Notes under the pieces: generated by a model
Told to the model about the DNA's origin: nothing
Databases searched by the model: none
Seen by the model: the letters and a program-made list of their open reading frames with translations, nothing else
DNA from: Octopus sinensis
Lineage: Eukaryota
Direction of reading: 5' to 3'
NCBI RefSeq assembly: GCF_006345805.1
Contig: NW_021826287.1
Coordinates: 1-13,260 of the forward strand
Length of the DNA stretch: 13,260 nt
Shown here: positions 9,120-13,260 of the stretch, in pieces
Position numbering within the stretch: the stretch's first letter is position 1
Layout: each line of letters starts with the position of its first letter
Made by a program: the position numbers and the translations under genes

Positions 9120-9599
9120 TTTATAGTCATATTCAGTTGACATACGTATCGCTGTGTTGAGCAACCATTGTTTCGTATATTCATCCTTTTTTGTTGTTAT
9201 TTAATGCTACATTCTCATTACATTCACGCAATTGTGAAAAGTAAAATATTTTGTGTGAATGTATCAAGTATGATATATATATATGTTGCTGATAGGAAGA
9301 CCCAGGGCTCCGATACAGAACGTGAAAGCTTACGCGGCCCAGCAAGAAACCTACCGTACACCTTGTAACAATATCATGGCACCAACAGATATGTTGCAGA
9401 GGGTGTTTAGGAACTCAAAAATGCGTAAATCTTTCCTACAGACACTAAAAACCAGTGGACTTGGCATTGACTGCGCATTAGTCTTTAGGTGTTTTGGTTA
9501 GTCTCCTGGACACACATTCCCTAGCATCTAGTCACGGCGTAAGTTTGAAAGAAGGTGAAATTTTCTTCAAACCAAATCTCTTGACAAACGTTACCGTTA

Positions 9600-9617
9600 T
9601 TATGACGTCATAATGAC
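9600..9617. promoter_or_regulatory. CRE/ATF-type site TGACGTCA (9603-9610) inside a 14-bp palindrome, copy B
   Basis: TTATGACGTCATAA at 9600-9613; paralogous to 7932-7960. Confidence 0.4.
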
Positions 9618-9675
9618 AGTAAAGAGATTTTTCATTCCTACGCTTATATAAAACTTCACGTATACTCACCACACG

Positions 9676-10078
9676 GAAAATGTAGAATGTGTAAACACAG
9701 AAATTGTAGAAAGTGAAGAAGAGTTGGAGAAAGAAAAGGAAAAAACAGATGGAAAAGAAGATAGAAAAAGAGCGAGGGTGGATTCACCACCTAAAGCTCA
9801 AAAAAGAAAAAAAAGAAAAATAAGACTATAGAGGAAAAGAATGATAATATGAACGAAGATAAGAGAATAAAAGAGATAGAGGAAGAACCGGAACATTTAA
9901 CGATAGACCAAAAATGGAAAAGAAAAGTGTCAGAGAAGTTAAAAGCATGTAAAGAAGGAAGAAGACCAGTAGGAGATAATCTCAAGGTGTAATTTTATAT
10001 ATGAAAGATAAAGAAATAGAAAAAAGACTGGCATGTAAGAAAGGTTTAATAAGAGTTAGGCTAACCCAGAATATTTGA
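9676..10078 (+). pseudogene. Frameshifted K/E/R-rich ORF relic, probably a retroelement ORF1 C-terminal region
   Basis: Three consecutive open segments in different frames: ENVECVNTEIVESEEELEKEKEKTDGKEDRKRARVDSPPKAQKRK / KTIEEKNDNMNEDKRIKEIEEEPEHLTIDQKWKRKVSEKLKACKEGRRPVGDNL / GVILYMKDKEIEKRLACKKGLIRVRLTQNI*. Strong purine strand bias. Confidence 0.5.
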
Positions 10079-10403
10079 TGATAAAGTCGGCGATAATAAA
10101 AAAGAGACTTTTTAAAATTGAAAAATGTTTTTTCAACTGTTTGTATAATGCAATATAGTCGATACGACAGTTTGCCTGCAATAATAGAACAGGAAGATAT
10201 ATTAGATTACATTACAGTATAACAGAACTGTATTTTAAATGATTTTACGAGTTTTGTGGGGTTTGTAAACATTCCATATAATTCATTATACATATTTCAT
10301 TTCATGACATATTTTTATTTTTATTCTATGTACCCCACGTCCCGTTTTTGTATCGTCCCCTCTATTTTTCGGGCCATCGTGCCTATAATAAAGATAGTAA
10401 CAT

Positions 10404-10611
10404 TTTATTATTTATGCGCCCTTTTCAAGCCTAGCCAGGCTCATGGGCCCGGTTTCCCGCTTTTTATGGCGTATGTGTCCCCCCCCCCCGCAGCTGGACG
10501 GGACGCCAGTCCATCGTAGCGTTACTCAAGAAACAGGAAGAAAGAGTGAGAGAAAGTTGGAGCGAAAGAGTACAACTGGGGTCGCCACCCACATCCTGCC
10601 GGAGCCTCGTG
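10404..10611 (-). mobile_element. 5'-truncated SINE with V-domain-like core, family E
   Basis: Minus strand CACGAGGCTCCGGCAGG..CAACTTTCTCTCACTCTT..CGATGGACTGGCGTCCCGTCCAG..GGGAAACCGGGCCCATGAG with an (ATAA)-type tail; homologous to 10889-11190. Confidence 0.85.
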
Positions 10612-10617
10612 ATGTGC

Positions 10618-10710
10618 TATGTTTGGCCGTGTACCTCAATGACCCTGAGGGCTTTGCCAGCCAAGAGCAAGATCCTGGTAGGGCTTTCCAAATTGACAGG
10701 TCAAAGAATA
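10618..10710 (+). mobile_element. Possible RTE-clade LINE 5' UTR fragment
   Basis: cctcaatgaccctgagggctttgcc..cctggtagggctttccaaattgacaggtc resembles Expander/Rex3-type 5' UTRs as recalled; not verified. Confidence 0.3.
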
Positions 10711-10888
10711 GAGGGTACCCTAAATAGGTACCATCTCTTCACAGAGGTAAATATAGCTTTGCGTAGGACAAACACATCTACCTTCAGAAAAGCCGAGATA
10801 CGGAAGCATTAATATTATACCATTGACTACAGTAAAAGTATGCTCCACTATTATGTATTCAATACATAACTTTCCATCTCAAATAAAC

Positions 10889-11190
10889 ATGGCCTAGTGG
10901 TTAGAGCAGCGGACTCGCGGTCGAGAGATTACGGATTCGAATCTCAGACCGGGTGATGTGCGTCTTTATAAGCGAAACATCTAAGCTCCACGCGGCTCCG
11001 CCAGAAGGTAATGGCGAACTTCTGCTGACTCTTTCGCTACAACTTTCTCTCACTCTTTCCTCCTGCATCTTGCAGCTCACCTGCGACGGACCGGCGTCCC
11101 ATCCAGGTGGGGAACCTATACGCCAAAGAAACCGGGAAACCGGCCATTATGAGTCAGGCGTTGCTCGAGAAGGAACAAACAACAAACAAC
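10889..11190 (+). mobile_element. Near full-length tRNA-derived SINE with V-domain-like core, family E
   Basis: ATGGCCTAGTGGTTAG A box, GGATTCGAATCT B box, CCTGCGACGGACCGGCGTCCCATCCAGG V-like block, (AAC/AAAC)n tail 11174-11190. Confidence 0.88.
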
Positions 11191-11280
11191 ACCCAATACA
11201 ATTAAAATGTTTTAGAATATCCTCCGATCAATATTCATTTGGCGATTCATACTCAAACCATTAAACAATTCTTTCTCCAG

Positions 11281-11287
11281 CCTCCTC

Positions 11288-11320
<33 letters not shown>

Positions 11321-11486
11321 TCACACTCTCTCCCTCACTCTCTTGCCGTCTTTCTTTTTCTCCTTCAGCTACTTTTTACCTATTTCGCTATGTCCATCCA
11401 TTCTTACATCGTCGCATTTATCTATCATCCTCCATTTTCTCTACGTATTTATCAATCTTTTTCTTCTTACACACACACACACCACA

Positions 11487-11520
<34 letters not shown>

Positions 11521-11551
11521 CTATACGTATATATATATAATATATATATAG

Positions 11552-11618
<67 letters not shown>

Positions 11619-11785
11619 GCATGCAAGTGTTTATACATGCTTACATAAAAATTTTAAAACAACGCAACAAATATGCTCAAAACACAAGCACAATGACAAA
11701 CACACACACACACACACATATACACACACGCACACACACACATACACACACACACACGCGCGCGCGCCGACATGCGCGCGCGCAT
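11281..11785. repeat. Compound microsatellite cluster: (CT)(CA), (CA)(TA)(GA), (CA)(CG)
   Basis: Runs at about 11281-11335, 11467-11617 and 11700-11785. Confidence 0.9.
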
Positions 11786-12035
11786 AGCGTAGTCAATCGC
11801 CAAGCATCACGGGACATATTTTTAGTTTAACTTTCCATCTCAAATAAACGGATTAGTTGTAAACGAATCTGAAATAGGTTTTATTTGTCAAGACGTGATG
11901 TTGTGTGGAATATTGAATTAAACCGCCAAATTTATTCTTTTGTATATGTGTTTTGTTTTTTTTTGCTTTTTACTCTTTAATTCTATCTGCGAGTGTTACC
12001 GTTCAGAGCTATAGCACACTCAAACTGTCACCACT

Positions 12036-12413
12036 CTCCTCTCTCTCTCTCTCTCTCTCCTCTCTCTCTCGCTCTCTATATATATATTTAATCTATATAT
12101 ATATATATAATATATATCTATATCTATCTATCTATCTATCTATCTATCTTGTCTGTCTGTCTTTCTGCCTATCTTTCTGTCGATCTATCTCGCTCGCTCG
12201 CTCGCGCCTTTTTGCTCTCTTTCACACTGATATCATCTCTATTCATTTTACGATTGCGCGCGCACACACACACATACACACGCACACAAACACACACACA
12301 CACACACATGCATACACATACATATAAGCATGAGTAAATATTTAGCCATACATTATATTGATATGCATTTATAAGTATATATATTTATATGCATATTAAG
12401 TATATATATATAG

Positions 12414-12473
<60 letters not shown>

Positions 12474-12735
12474 TATATATGTGTGTGTCCCTGTGTGTGT
12501 CTACATATATATATATACATTATATGTGAGTGTATGTATGTATGACTGTATGTATGTGTGTGCATGTGTTATGTATTTTGTGTGTGTGTATATGTATGCA
12601 TTACTCTACTACTTCGTGTATTGAGTTCTTTCTCTGGATTGTTTCATATAGTTTTGCACTTTCTTCACATGTTTGTGTGTATGTGCACGTAAGTATTATA
12701 TGCATGCATGCATGCATGTACGTATGCATACACAT
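12036..12735. repeat. Compound microsatellite / low-complexity region (CT, TA, TCTA, CA, TG, CATG)
   Basis: Directly visible. Confidence 0.9.
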
Positions 12736-12899
12736 ATATAGCTTATTCCGCCCACTCACCCATCCACTAGCCCCGCCACACCCGCCCCACCCACAAAAAA
12801 CACACACAAGCCAAATCTAGCTGAAAGAAATTGAAATATGCACGTGAAAATGATGTGTTTGTTATGCCCAACAGTGCTACCTCATCTGCAGAAAGCAAC

Positions 12900-13110
12900 A
12901 GATACATACATACATATATACATACATATATACATACATTTATACACACAGATATGCATACATATAAACGTAAGTATATACATACTTACATATAAATATA
13001 TATATATGTAAATATGTATATGTATGTATGTACGTATAATATTATATATGTATATGTGTGTGTGTGTGTGTGTGTTTAGATATGTAGATGTATATTATAC
13101 GTATATACAC
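12900..13110. repeat. (TACA)/(TA)/(TG) low-complexity region
   Basis: Directly visible. Confidence 0.88.
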
Positions 13111-13260
13111 AGAAAGACTTATATCAATAAGGACATATAGAATTGGATTTATCCTGCAGGCATCAACTCTTAAGATAATCAGTTTGTGAATGCAAATATA
13201 TTAAAAATGCAACCCTAAAAATAACAACAGAAAATACTACGTGTTCATGCGTTGTACATA

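Larger units (their letters stand above)
8463..9637 (+). repeat. Copy B of the old tandem duplication (partner 6799-7980)
   Basis: Collinear with copy A once two SINEs and their TSDs are removed. Confidence 0.85.
10867..11849. repeat. Exact 22-bp direct repeat TAACTTTCCATCTCAAATAAAC at 10867-10888 and 11828-11849
   Basis: Both copies read directly; the left copy abuts the SINE 5' end. Confidence 0.9.

Noticed and set aside
9283-9501. 72-aa ORF in duplicate copy B
   Set aside because: The paralogous region in copy A has stops in all three plus-strand frames, so the shared sequence is not conserved as coding
11239-12949. Multiple ORFs rich in HT, SL and YI repeats
   Set aside because: Microsatellite translations

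Overview
AT-rich, microsatellite-dense eukaryotic non-coding DNA, intronic or intergenic. The SINE families and simple repeats look like Octopus/coleoid cephalopod (inference from recalled repeat sequences, not a database search). No intact protein-coding gene is supported; nearly all ORF-track entries are translated microsatellites or SINEs. Content: seven tRNA-derived SINE copies or fragments, several with target-site duplications (TSDs), plus RTE-like LINE 5' fragments, a frameshifted K/E-rich ORF relic and many simple repeats. Main results: (1) three unrelated minimal type I hammerhead ribozyme (HHR) motifs, each with a palindromic helix III, which is the signature of Penelope-like element (PLE) LTRs. 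One has the catalytic C3-G8 pair swapped to G3-C8. (2) An old ~1.2 kb tandem duplication whose best-conserved blocks are a minus-strand ATG|GTGAGT start codon/splice donor and a CRE palindrome, which may be a duplicated promoter and first exon. Each copy carries its own insertions. (3) A 22-bp direct repeat enclosing a SINE plus ~640 bp of downstream DNA, a possible 3' transduction.
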